A stretch of DNA of 64,000 nucleotides from Chiloscyllium plagiosum (Eukaryota), in assembly GCF_004010195.1 (NCBI RefSeq), contig NC_057740.1:24773199-24837198 (forward strand), given 5' to 3'. Shown one piece after another: positions 51,290 through 64,000 of the stretch. The notes beneath the pieces are model-generated. The model was not told the DNA's origin, did not search any database, and worked only from the letters and a program-made list of their open reading frames with translations. Position 1 is the stretch's first letter; each line of letters begins with the position of its first letter. The translations under genes and the position numbers were made by a program.

Positions 51290-51725
51290 GCAGTAAGAAC
51301 ACTATAGGAAAGATTATTAAACTAGAGTGGGTTCAGAAGAACTTTACCAGAATGCTGCCAGGTATGGAAGCTTTGAATTATAAAGATAGGCTGGGACTTT
51401 TTCCAATGGTATATACCATTGAAAGGGTCTAGATAGGGTTAATGGTAGATATTGCCCGAGGATGAAGGTTGTAAGAGCAGGGGGCACATTAAGGGGAGAG
51501 ATTTAAAACACAAGTGTCAAATCTTTTACCCAGAGGGTGGTTCATGTGTGGAATGAATTTCCTGAGGAATTGATGGAATTGGGCACAGTTACAATATTTA
51601 AAAGTCATTTGAGTAAATACATGAATTGGAAAGATTGAGGGAAGAGAGCCAGGAGCGGGCAGGTAGGACTAGTTTAGTTTGGGATTATGGTCAGAGTGGA
51701 CTGAAGGGTTTGTTTCTGTGCTATT
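51290..51725 (+). mobile_element. Degenerate CR1 3' fragment
   Basis: Homology to the CR1 3' end. Confidence 0.65.
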
Positions 51726-53399
51726 TAAGTGTAGCTAATACTTATCTTCGTATTTTAAGCATGAAAGCTAATGGCAACTCAGCCTATGGTGTTACTCTTT
51801 TTGAAAATCATCTGGATTAGGTTCCGCTCACCAGCTTCAGTATGTGAAGGTACCAAGTATGGACCTATAGCCTCTTACCAGGCAGACTACACTTCGATCC
51901 AACATTGCTCAGCCATTCCTCTCTCCACCTGCAAGCAAATTTAGTACTAAGGAGAAAACACACAAGTCTTAATCTAATGTGTGATCTGGTTACCAAGTCA
52001 TCTGAAGAGATTTTACAAAGCACTTTTCACAACCTCTCATCATTCCCAGTTTTTTGAGGCAGTGTGTAATTTGAATAATATTGGTAATATATCCTGTTTA
52101 CAAATGAAGTATTATGTTGATTGAAAAACCCGTTTGGACAGGTTATGACACATCTCTGGGGCAGGAAGATTTGAAGTGGATTTTACATTAGAAAATTAAA
52201 ATGAGCTGTTCTAATGTAACTTGTAACTTATTGCTATCAATCATATGATAAACTGCCTCTTATATAGACTCTTTAGTGGATTTGTTCTATTTATTAACTA
52301 GTTAGGCCCTTCAATCTGGTCAAGGAAAGAGATAGCAGCACACTACTTCAAACAAAAAACTGTAGTGGCAACTCTGCAGCACTTACAAGAGGGTTAACAA
52401 TTCTGGGCATCATTGCTAAATACCACAAGACTGGAGATTCAGAGCTTTGAAGACTTTGTTTTAAGCATTTTACTACATTGTAAAATCTATGCTCATATGG
52501 AAGTGTGGCCAAGGCAGGCAGCTTCCAGCCAATTCAACAGCTGTTTCAATTGTTCACCTCTTTACTGAGCACACATCTTTTCTTCACAATAGAAATACAA
52601 TACTGTGATATTGCACGTTAATACCAAATGTTTAGTCCTGCACATGCATAAAAGCAAAGTTCTCTTCTGCACATACACAGTAACAAATATCCGCAGATGC
52701 TGCCTTCAATAAAGGCACCAAGATTGGAAGTATGCACTCGTGATTTGATTTTCAGGAAGCAGCACTGCTTTATCTGAGCGTTTGGCAGCACACTTCACCC
52801 CAATTGTGGCACACCAGGGGAAAATCACATTGAAGTCATCTATTAAAGGCCTGATTGAATACATAGATCATGAAAACAAAAAACAGTACAGATACTACAA
52901 GTGGTCCTATGAGCTTTTACTAACTACCTTGGCAATAAAGATCTTGCTCTTTCAAAAATTTTATAATAGTTCTGCATCCAAGGAATCCATACAGGACTCC
53001 ATCAATAATTGTGACATTTAGAAAAATGTTATTTTGAAGCTTTGAAATCAGAATTTATACATGAACAGAATTGTTGCTGAAATGATCAGATTGAGATTGG
53101 GGTTACTGGTATTAGGTAAGTAGTTTTGAAATAATCAATATTGGTGTGCATTAAGTTTCAGCTAATCTGAGTAGGTTATAGGAACGTGGGTGATGAAAGG
53201 CAAAACGTACTGCATCTTCACTACAAGATCCTTTATGCACAAGTCTTCCACCAGTCTTAACAATGGGTACTAATTCATAGGTTGACCAATCACCATCAGG
53301 TAATAAAAGGCAGAAAAACTTGTCAGGGCTCACTAGCAATTTAATTTTACTATTGCAAACCAAGTAGGCCCTTAGAATCAGTCACAGTAAGAAGAGACA

Positions 53400-53735
53400 G
53401 AGATTTATAGTACCTAAACAGACCTTTTGGTCCAACTTGTCTATCCCAACCAGCTATCCTAACCTAATCTAGTCCCATTTGCCAGCACATGGCCCATATT
53501 CCCCCATTCCCTTCCTATTCATATACCTGTCCAGATGCCTTTTAAATGTTGTAATTGTACCAGCCTTCACCACTTCACTCTGGCAGCTCATTCCATATAT
53601 AACACCACCACCTGCATGAACAAGTTGCCCCTTAGGTTTGGGTGAGAGGGGAGAAATTTTAAATGACCTATCTACTCTAGTTCGCTGGGTGAAAAACAGT
53701 GTCTCTTTACCTGCCCACATCCCTCATGATTTTAC
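53400..53735 (-). mobile_element. CR1/HER1 3' fragment
   Basis: VVKAGTITTFKRHLDRYMNRKG..GKWD remnant. Confidence 0.75.
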
Positions 53736-53884
53736 AAAATGTCTATGTTGTAGCAACATATAATGGCATGACAGTACATACAGCAGTTCCAGTCATTTTG
53801 CCTTAACAGTGGTCTGGATATACAGAGAATATATCTCAAAAAACAAACAACCACTTTATTGCAAATTATTCAATGAAGTGACCT

Positions 53885-54080
53885 CGCAGCACCCGGGTTC
53901 AATTCCAGCCATAGACAAGTGCCCATGTGGAGCTTGACTTTTTTTGTATCTGGCTTTCTCCCACAGTCCAAAGCTGTGCAGGTTAGGTGAATTGACCATG
54001 CTAAAATTGCCCAGTGTCCAGGGATGTCCAAGCTAGGTGGATTAGTTATGGGAAATGCAGGGATAGGGTTGGGTCGGTTA
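53885..54080 (+). mobile_element. Degenerate HE1-type SINE
   Basis: B box gggttcaattcc and core ctcccacagtccaaag..gcaggttaggtgaattgaccatgctaa shared with 28130-28428. Confidence 0.65.
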
Positions 54081-55379
54081 TCCAGTTCAATTTATAGAGA
54101 TTGTTAGTAAAAACTAAGACTTCAAATAGTATATACAACATACATACAAGACTGAATTGGAAAATCAGATCCTTTCTCGACACAGTACATGTGGCCACTG
54201 CACTGGAATGTCAATCTCAGTTATGTTCAAGTCTTAAGGGAGCCTTAAATCACAAGCTGAGATAAATACACAAAACAAAAGCACAGCAAAAGCTGCAGGA
54301 TTGCATGCAGGAAGAACCTGCAGTTATAAAGCATGTTTTCTATTGCTAGACATGTCAAAACATTCACTTTAAAGTGAGTGATACAGTTTAACTAGAACAC
54401 ACGAAGAGGATATCAGTTTTGCTATAAAATATGGGAGTTGGTCTGGATACAGAATTCATTTAATCATGCTGGGGAGTTCCCAGATGTCCAACCGGATAAT
54501 AAACTGAGAAATGCTTCTGACACTTAACATTCTCTAAATTCTTCAATGGAACTCAAACCTATGACATTCTTCTCAATGCTGGCAGGGAGTTCATTTATCA
54601 CTCCTGGTCTATGATTGGTGTTGAAGTATCTATATGAGTTATAGAAGAGATTCAATGATAAAACATGACACATTTAGTGAATCTGGAGCAGTGATTAATA
54701 ATACAATAGTGTATTAATAACTCATAGGATAAATAATAGTGACATTAAAACGAGACATGGAAAAGTGTGACCAGTTGGTCAATGTCACAAGAACATACAA
54801 ACCTGAAACAGTGCAAAGTTACAATGTTGATCCTGTGCTACAAGACTGATGAGTTACGAGAAGTGACAAGATTGGGCCTCAGGTACAATTAATAATATAT
54901 CTAACATTGTAGTTTAAATTGTGGTGTTCCAAAGATGAAGTCACATGCTCAAAATTAGTTAAACACAGGTTTCACACTAATGCAAAGACTATTAATATAC
55001 ATAATTTATCAAACTCAATTATGGAGATCCCAGTAAATAGTGAAGGCAAGGTTGGGAGGGTGGTTGAGTGCGCTGGCACTTTTCTACCTGAGTATCGATC
55101 ACAATCCTTTCGTCCAAGAGAAGGACATCCTACATGGGATTTCTCTATCAGTATTCAACTATTTTCATTTGCTATTCAGAAATGCTGAAATTGTACTTCA
55201 CAGAATTATTACTACAAGTGTAACAATTAAATCTACAGTGAAATTAATTTGGAATTGAGTGGATTAAACAATTATGTTGCAAAAAAGCACTTAGGTGGTA
55301 ACTTGATTATCACTATGCGGAGTTGAAATTTGACATGTTTTAGAGCTAAAATACACTATTATAATTAATACACAACATG

Positions 55380-58300
55380 TATTTAGAAATACACAACTTT
55401 ATTAAAAAGCAAAAAAACCCTTAAAAGCATTAATTTCTTGGGAAAGCAAAACACCAGAGACAAATTTGCAGATAAAATATTTTTAAAATGCCAGCTCAAA
55501 GAAAATTTATTCCTCCAAACATTTTAGCAGTAGTTGAAACGTAACTGAATTTACAGTACTTTAGAAAGGGGTGGAATGGCAGAAAAAAAAACAATTAAAA
55601 AAGCAGTTCCACTATAACATTACATACAAAGAAAACCCATTTTTAAAATGCTTGCCATTTAACCTTCACAAATTTCACAAAATGTAATAAGCACTAGGCA
55701 ACTGTAATCACAAAAACATCCCTTTCCCTACCACATAATGTAGACGGTGCATATACTATGAAAAATTTGAAAAGCCAACTGAAAGTAGCCAGTGAATATC
55801 TAATTATATTTCAAATTCTACAGCCATGCCAAAATAGTCACAAGCCAATAATCAGCTTCTCATCTGTACATATTGATGAAATTGTATATATTCACTGAGT
55901 TTTTAAGACAACCACAGAAAGTATTTCCTTAACATTTGTGTTTATTTAGGACAACTTTTTTTTCTTCCACACCAAGCAGCATTGTACAATATAAGCTATA
56001 GCCACAAAAAGACAGACTGCATGGTACAAGTGCAAAGAAAATCTGATTTATCCTCCACTTATGTATTTAAAGATAACATCCATCTTACACAGGATATGTA
56101 GCCTTCTGATCAAATTATACAAAGTGATTAAACCTAAAGATGTCAAAAGTTGAAAGGAGTTTATAAAGAGTCCAGAGGAAAAAAAATCATTAAGTTCAGA
56201 TTCTTGCACTTCACAATGGAGATATTTACTTTTCAATTCAAGAAATTTCCAAAATTAAATAATCCTAACTCCTGTCTGTAAACGTTTTGGGGATAGTATG
56301 TGCCCAGAATAATCAGGAGTGATAACACTATAATTGCGATCTCCTTTATCATATACCACAATTGCAGCATAAAATATTTATGGAATTTATTGCATTTTAA
56401 TCTGTATTAACTCTGTGGATAATTTTAAAATAAACAATATCTACGCTCAGCTAAAACAGGCTACTCGATTTAGATGAAGCTGGAAGGTTACATAACACAA
56501 ATTTAGATATTTACATAGTTTTAAATGCTCATTCAGGATGCAGTGCGATAAGGATTAAAACGTACTTGTGTGTTTCTCCTAACAGGCATTTTTGAAAGTA
56601 AAACTATGTTCAAATACCTTCAAATGCAGGTGGGGAAGTGAACAACATATAAAACACAATATTTAAAATCCAGCATATGATGGACATTACCTTACAGTGC
56701 TGAAAAATATCATCTGTGCCTTCTGATGGTTCAGAAAAAGTTTGCTTCCTTTTTCCAAAAAAGTTAAATATACAATTTTGTAACAAACAAAAACGTCCTC
56801 TGAAGTATTTGGGAATACTTGAGAAAATTAAGTAATAGCTTCTAATATATCTCAGGCATTTTGGTAATATATATATTAAAATAATAGTATTACTTTGTAC
56901 AGAAGATTTTCCTTACAGTAAACTGAACTTGATAAATAGTGTACAGATCACAATAGATGTTTAATTCTTAAGGGGCAATCTCATTTACAGTTTCTGCATG
57001 ATAGAGGCGCCCCAATGGATTGTACAAATTGATTTTGACTGCTTCAAAAAACAGTTTTATTACTACAAACCAACAAAAAAAAAAGACATAAATGCACCTT
57101 TATTTCTATTAAGTTATATGGCTCAGTTTTCACAGCATGTAATTACACCTCAATCTACCTATAAATTTAAGGCTACTTATGAGAACATCCTGCGACAGTT
57201 TGATGTTTTACTCAGTTACTGGTGAGCTAACTATCTACCAAATACTAGTGTGAATTTTGTCACATCGTATAAAACTGAAGTCAAATTTATAATCAGCTCA
57301 TCTTATTATATAATTATATATATATATATTATATATATATGCTGCCTTGAAATTTCTGGTTGAATACATTATGCAAACAGTCAATCTGCAGTCAACGTCA
57401 CTTAACTCTACAAAGTAGGTTCTATGGATTGAAGTCCAATTCAACACCACCTTCTTGAATAATTGAGATTTCTTACAGTTTTAGTGTCTATTCAATGGAG
57501 CAGTACTGTGGATTTTTGTATGATTTGAGTTGCACCTCAAAAGTAGAGTTTATAATACCTGATAACTATTGCATCTGTACAGTAACAGACTAAAGGTCTC
57601 ATATTAGTCAACTATTTCCTAGTTCAATTACCCTCTTAACTATTTCAGATAGGAAGAAAAGACTTCATTACAGTCATCTTTCCTCTTCTCAAGATCCCAT
57701 GACAATTCGTGGGGTCTTGTCCAGAAAATATAGAAAGGGAAGTAAAACTCTACTGTATTACATTATGGGATTTTAAACATGAATAAATGAGTTTCAAGTA
57801 AAGTTCAAAACATTAACACGATTAATGCACTGAAGCTGGTAACCAGTCAGTGGAAGGTGTCCAATCAATGTTTGCACTTGAACACTTACTACTTTAACTA
57901 TAATGTGCACCATGTAGCACTGAACATGAAGTAGGAAATGTGTCACTTTTTTAGCGCTAGTCATGCATCAAGGTGCATACACACTGAAGGACCAAACTCT
58001 TTAGAAACAGTGTCCCCAAACTATGAAAAGCCAATATTTCTGCTCACACTTTTACAAGCTTTCAGTTTATTACAATTACTCAGTCACATATTCAAATTCC
58101 CACATAGCCACCACTAAAACTAAACAATCTTCTGGATATCCTAAAAGCAGAAACAATTAATTCTTTCAGCTAACAGTTTTTAAACTGCAATATGGTTTCA
58201 AAACAGTCAGCAGAACCACCCACATTCATTTTGTAGGTTATTAATTTATGGAACATGCTGGATAATGCTTTAAAAAAATGAAACATGGGCTCCTGCGTGC

Positions 58301-59605
58301 TGGACTGCAAATACCGGACATGCGAATCAGCTCCACCAAGACAAACAGCTCTTTGCTGGCCCTAGAGTATTTAAGTCACCCACAGTTACTTATTTAATAA
58401 TTGTTATAATTACAAAAATGCTTGGCATTGGTCTTACTGTAGTTTGGTTAGTGAATATAATTACATAAAATTACTGCAATTTATTTGCTTCAGACCTTGT
58501 AAAAAAAAAAGCTTTTTAAAATAATTTGATAAAAAAACATTTAGCTTCAAGCACAATCCAATATTGAATTCTTGAACCAGAGTTTCCTTTTGTAAGGATA
58601 TTAAAAAACTTGAGGTACTTTTTAAAACTGGATTAGTAAAGATGTCCCACTTGAATGTATAAAACTTTGTGAAAAGGAAAATTTTAAATATAATTTTTTT
58701 AAAATGATGTACAGTCTATGAAATCCCATTGAATTTTAAATTTCAGCCTTTTTACATTTTGCTCTCTTGGGTTGTTTATACATAATACATACTTCTTGAA
58801 CAAAATGTGTAGAAATTGACATAATTTACACTTCATTGTGTACTAAATTTATCAGAAAATCAATGTGCTATTGCTTACAATTAAAATTACACAGCAATAA
58901 TCAAAATGTACAACAAATCTTTATCTAATGGTATTAGATTACATTGCTACAATTGCAATTTACAATGCTATAAAACACCATTAAATGAATGACAAAAAGA
59001 CAGTGATGACAGTATTTTTGTGTTATCATGAATGACCATTTAACATACAAAAGATCTGAAACAGTGGAAGAGAAGAGCCGGATTGTACTTGTATAAAGTA
59101 AACTGAAAAAAGGCTGAGCAATATTTGCATCAAGTACCAATCTATTAACAAGTAATGCAAAATATTACAAGGATATCACTTGTTGCTGAGAAACAGGTTG
59201 CAGCTATTCAGCTTTCAACTTTTCAGAATAAGCACCAGGGAACAGAATCCACAGAGGCACAGTTTGTGGTGGTTTAAATAGCACCAACAGCAGGCTAACA
59301 AATGAATGCTGGTGTGCGCTGCACTTCACACTTCAAAGCCTCTATCGGCTTGTTGGAACAATGACAAGCCCCAATCACTTGGGGGAGAAAAGATAAATAG
59401 TTTCTAAAACATCATACAACAGGAGCCAATTGTTTTGCAGCAACACTAAAAACCAATTCACAGTAAAATGTATTTGCTTTTATTTTCCAGTAGTAAAGAA
59501 GCAAAACAATGTTTGCAGGCCACTCAAGCACCTTTTGTTTGATGGAGTGGATGAAGTTGGTCCACATCGTCCTTGCATAGGTCACATTGTTTTGAGGTAG
59601 AATTC
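55380..59605 (-). other. DOT1L: DOT1L 3'UTR (~4.2 kb, no recognisable TE fragments), candidate polyA signal AATAAA at 55398-55403
   Basis: AT-rich stretch after the terminal exon stop; AATAAA on minus followed by GT-rich sequence; miRNA seed matches. Confidence 0.6.
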
Positions 59606-59613
59606 CTAATTAC
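59606..59613 (-). CDS. DOT1L: DOT1L terminal exon coding part (short isoform ends ...G-N-stop)
   Basis: Acceptor cccttctatttgtag|GT AAT TAG; following GAATTCTACCTCAA..ACCTATGCAAGGACG.TGTGGACCAACT closely resembles the start of the human DOT1L last exon as I recall it. Confidence 0.75.
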
Positions 59614-60392
59614 CTACAAATAGAAGGGGGAAGTAAGTTATCTACCTTATACTATTAATTACAGACTTGTTTCAAATTCAAAAACCATAATACAAGGATT
59701 AGGCAAAGGAGAACAAACCTCCATGTCAACTTTAACAACAAATTACAATTTAACACAGGTCATCAGCTTTTAAAGTCTGGAGATTCATACATCCCAAGTA
59801 AAAAAATAATAAAAGCTAAACCACAAAATATCAACAAGTTTATTTTCAACAAGAAAAGTTCCACTAAAAAGCATCAAGTATTAGCATTTCATATGAAACT
59901 CAAATGACTAAATCACTGAAATCCTGAATGTGTGTGTTAATCATAATGCCAGTACATTATTGTTGGGAAAGCAGGAAACTGAGGAAGCTAGAACCTGAAA
60001 TATTTTTAAAAATGCAACATCTGTGGAGCAAGAGAAACAGAGTTAACGTTTAAGGTTTGTGACTTTTCCCAATTCTGATGGAAGATCACAGACCTGAAAA
60101 GTTAAGTGTTCCTATTAGTATTGGAACTTTGCTCAGTATTGAAAAGCAGTTATTTTAAATTGAAAGGGATATTTGCCTCTGCATTCGGGTTTGAAGCACA
60201 TGCACATCTTACACAAATGAAAAAAATTCCTAAACCATGTGAGATACTCTGGATCTTAACTTTTCAGTTAGTCAGTTTATACATACTAAGAGTTTGTATG
60301 TCATCACACATAGCTGTACACATTTGGATAATATATTTTAGCCTTGCACGTTTCTAACCTTACCTTATAAGACTGATAAAGTACGTGAGTTC

Positions 60393-60979
60393 TTAGCGAG
60401 GTTTAACCCCAGAGAAATGTGTAGCATAAGGAGACTGCATGCCAAGTGTGACCCACATTGCAGATGTATTTGTGCTGGACTGAGGGATGAGAGGTGCTGT
60501 CTGAGCAAGCGCTGAGCGTGACAAAGGTGGGTGATGCACTGTAAAGGAAGGGTGAGAGGCTTTGGGCTGCAGGGATGCAAGCTTCATGGCTAATGCTGTG
60601 TTAGCAGATTGAAGCGAGGCAGTTGAAGAGGAGCAAGAAATGGAAGAAGACAAGTATCCATCACTAACAGCGGACATATTACGGAAAAGTGAAGGATCAG
60701 GACTGTTTGAATTTAACAGTGGAGGTGGCGGTGGTAAGGAAATATTTGGGGGAGGCGTGTTAAGCACAGACTGCGTAGGTGCCCGGGTAAGGTACGGGGC
60801 CATTCTGCTCTCAGCAGAAGATAATGTACTGGAAGAAACAGACAGAAATGAATGGGAAGTTGTAGGTGCAGTCTGTAGTGGGTTAAAGTTTAACATCGTG
60901 CTACTAGATACTGGAACATTGCCGAAATTGGCTCCAAACTGATGAGAAGAGACTGAAGGCACCACATGGTTAAAAATAC
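60393..60979 (-). CDS. DOT1L: DOT1L (H3K79 methyltransferase) alternative C-terminal exon of the long isoform
   Basis: Acceptor tatttcag|GT (phase 1); GIFNHVVPSVSSHQFG...SFTVHH...WVTLGMQSPYATHFSGVKPR* matches the vertebrate DOT1L long-isoform C-terminus ending SGVKPR; donor AAG|gtaagg at 60363. Confidence 0.9.
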
Positions 60980-63399
60980 CTGAAATAGGAGAGAAAAAAC
61001 AGCTCAAAGATTTTTGACTAGCAGGAAGCAAAGCATCAATATAGCAGCTAAGCCCACACTGGAGCTGTTTTGTCCAGCAAGCACAGTAAAAGCAACAAAA
61101 GAAAAGTTATCAAAAAGCAAAACAATTCAGGTTACCCAAAGCATAGCAAATCTCCTTTTCAGTCAACTTCTAGTTTATCAAAGGAAAAGTATACTTTTTA
61201 TATAATACAAAATGTAAACAATACTTTAAAATATGTTTTTACCTACCATGTACTGAAGGTTACTTGCAACAGTTTTGCTTCATTGTCACTGTCCTCATCT
61301 ACGAAATTTTCCTCTCCTCACGAATTAACAAATATTTGCACTTTTTTATATTTCAGTAATTACTCTGAATATGTGCATCTACTTGATGACTGTTACTATA
61401 CTATTCAATCATGGAAAACAGATCCCTGAAAAACAAATCCTTCAGAGAGAGATCACTGGTCTTACATGAAGGCCACTGGATGGGGACCCCAGGATGAAAT
61501 TCATAAAAACCCCAATTGGAGAATTTACCCTCTTCTCCAGTCAGTTTGCTTGGCTGTGGTGTCTTCCTATAACACTAAGTTTATATTCATGATCATTTCC
61601 CATCATCTGTGCATTCCAGGGAGCTTAATCCTATCTAAAATGTTAAACATATTGGGATCAAACACTATCAAAGTACTTTGGAGTGCTTCATAAAATTACT
61701 TAGGATGATTTGCAATAATGTGCTCGAAAAGACAGTACTGTATTACAAAGTCTATGTCCTACTTCGAGTATTAAACCAGCCACTTGGAAAAACAGAATTC
61801 AAAGATGAATTGTACGAAAACAAAAACCAGTTTTATAAAAAATAAAATCTAGACTTTTAATATTTACTACTTAATGCTACAAGTTGCCAACAGAAGATAC
61901 ACTTTGCTTGCAGTGGTAGTATTGGAATTATTTCTGTTTTTTATGAACAAATCTAAATTTGCACTGTCTTTTTCTGTTGAGCACCTCAGGGGTCACCCAG
62001 ATGCCTTCCAATAATCAAGATTAAAAGATGGTCTTTAACAACAAGTATGTACAAATGAAGGGACCAACCAATACATTTTTGTTTAGAAACCTAAACTCCA
62101 TACCACATCAACGAACTGCTCCACAATTCAAGATTTTGTTTTCACTGCCTATTCCATGGGCAGTTCCAAGAACTGATCAAATGTTGCTTAAAGCATATTT
62201 GTCTCCATTTATTTTTAATGAGTTGGCACCTCTGTCCGGAGAGCATGGGGGTGTTAACACAAATATGGTTGCTCTTTCCTTTGTGTGGAATCTCAGATGC
62301 TGCTGGAGATGAAAGGCAGTGTGGAAATATGGCTGTCTTAATGTCAGCCAGTTGTTTGCTGATATCTCTAAATAATTAGTTGCAAGTGTGTAAAGTAGTT
62401 AAATTGTAAGATGGAATTGAGAATTTGAGAATTAGGAATTAGTGGAATTTCCTTTTAAAATCACACAAAAAGGTGTCACAAACTTCCCCCCCCCCCCCCC
62501 AAAAAAAATTCTCCTCCTTGTCCCTTTGGTGTTTGTTCAAGTTTCAAGGACCCTTCTAACAATGTGCCAAATTTGAAATAATTTTTGTACTGAAGGTGGC
62601 GAGATAAATTTCCCAAAGTCCTATTTCATGGAGCCATAATGCAGAAGTTCAAAAAGGATGCAATAATAGAACTGAGTTTAATCTCTTTTACCCCTTTCAG
62701 TCAGCAGAAAGAATAAAGCTTGAGAAAGTATTTCACAAGACAGAATGCAGGTTGATAATCAAAAATCCTCTTGAAGCCCCACTGTTTCAGGCAATGAAAT
62801 AAAACTCTGCAGCAAATAGTATCAATGCAATTGACTCGGCTGAAGTAGAGTTTGCACCGCTCAATTATTAATCTGCAACAAAGCAGCACCGATGTCAACA
62901 AAGACTGAAAATAGATGATGGAATGTGACAACAGTTGCATGTTCAAATCTAACTCTGGGATGGAGGGGGAAGTGGGAGGCAGTTGTGTGCACGTCATGGA
63001 TATCAGAGGGCCAAATGAATGCTGAACAAAGATTTTAGGTGCTGTTCTTGAAAGACCACAATCAATGGCATGAAATGGTGTAGAACAAGTCTTAATTGAG
63101 GATATAACTAGTATCAATCCCTTGTGCTGCATCGTTAAGCACTGCTCTTGGAAGATTGCCTGTCACACCATGGTTAAGTCCAACCACAATTCCATATTGT
63201 TCAAATAATGCTTTATGATAAACAGAATAAGAATTAGTTATATCCACCAACACTTGCTCTAAAACATGATCATTGGTCACTTGCACTTGGAACAAGTCCA
63301 AACTGCTGTTTTGCTTGGCTTGAGGAACAAACATTGAAATTCGCTTTGATCGTTCTAGAGTGGGAGAAATGGAAGGTAATTCAATTAGATAGGTATTTA

Positions 63400-64000
63400 A
63401 ATAAAAGAGTATGGATCAGTCATTAACAAGGTATGTCAAGTAGTGAACTTGCACAGTGCTCGTTCAAACCAATATCGCAATCAATTTTGTAGGCCAAGGC
63501 CAGAATAGTAGCTATTAGCAAGGGTGTTATTCTGTAGGTTTCAGCACCGTCACCAGTCAGTATGAAATGGGTTTCCAGAAAATAGCTTAAAAAGTTTTAA
63601 AATTTAGGTTTTCATGTACAACGCAGATGAATCCACAAGTTTTGGAGCTGGTTGTTCATAGTTGTACAAAAACAGTGATTGTCATCCTCACCACTCCATG
63701 TTCTCTGGAAAACATATTCAAAAAATGACCCTGTCCTCTGCAGATGGAAAGCACATATCCAGGCACTGCAAATTTTTCAATTAAAACAAAGCCTGGGAGA
63801 TAACTATTTTCAAGTACATTGTCCATGGCAACACCTCGACCAGAGTCCATTTGCTATTCGACACCCTCTCTCGTAGTACGTTGATGATCCCTTTGAAATT
63901 TGGCCTTCTTACACCTGTCCTGATGAGTGCAAGTCAAAAGACCCACACTTAATGATATTCAAAGGTCTATACTACCTTTAGACATGCTCTTCTCTTTCCT
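63400..64000 (+). mobile_element. Highly degenerate Penelope-like RT remnant in DOT1L intron
   Basis: ORF 63679-63876 ends at TAG and is followed in frame by YVDDPFEIW (63877 on), resembling the RT catalytic motif RYxDDxFxxW. Confidence 0.4.

Noticed and set aside
62701-63334. ORFs of 143 and 80 aa on the DOT1L strand as extra DOT1L exons
   Set aside because: No recognisable DOT1L similarity or convincing splice sites; adjacent to, and probably antisense to, a decayed retroelement

Overview
Eukaryotic (vertebrate) genomic DNA, almost certainly from a cartilaginous fish: the repeat complement (HE1-type tRNA SINE, HER1/CR1 LINEs, Penelope-like elements) points to a shark, though this is inferred and not database-checked. 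The window holds the conserved gene block AMH (exon 1, minus strand) - SF3A2 (complete CDS, 8 coding exons, 446 aa, minus) - CpG-rich bidirectional promoter - PLEKHJ1 (complete CDS, 6 coding exons, 149 aa, plus) - DOT1L 3' end (two alternative C-terminal exons and a ~4.2 kb 3'UTR, minus). I read the exon boundaries directly from GT/AG sites, and phases are consistent throughout. Introns and intergenic DNA are rich in CR1/HER1 fragments, Penelope-like retroelements (several as inverted-repeat insertions with 11-13 bp target-site duplications and hammerhead-ribozyme-like cores), SINEs, a TA-flanked MITE and probable solo LTRs. An 874-N assembly gap lies at 20352-21225. I see no wholly new gene system. 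The best leads are regulatory or structural: a DOT1L C-terminal switch that repositions a let-7 site, an exact duplicate of part of PLEKHJ1 exon 6 forming a potential alternative last exon, hairpin Penelope-derived elements with ribozyme-like cores, and a SOX/SF-1/GATA motif cluster upstream of AMH.
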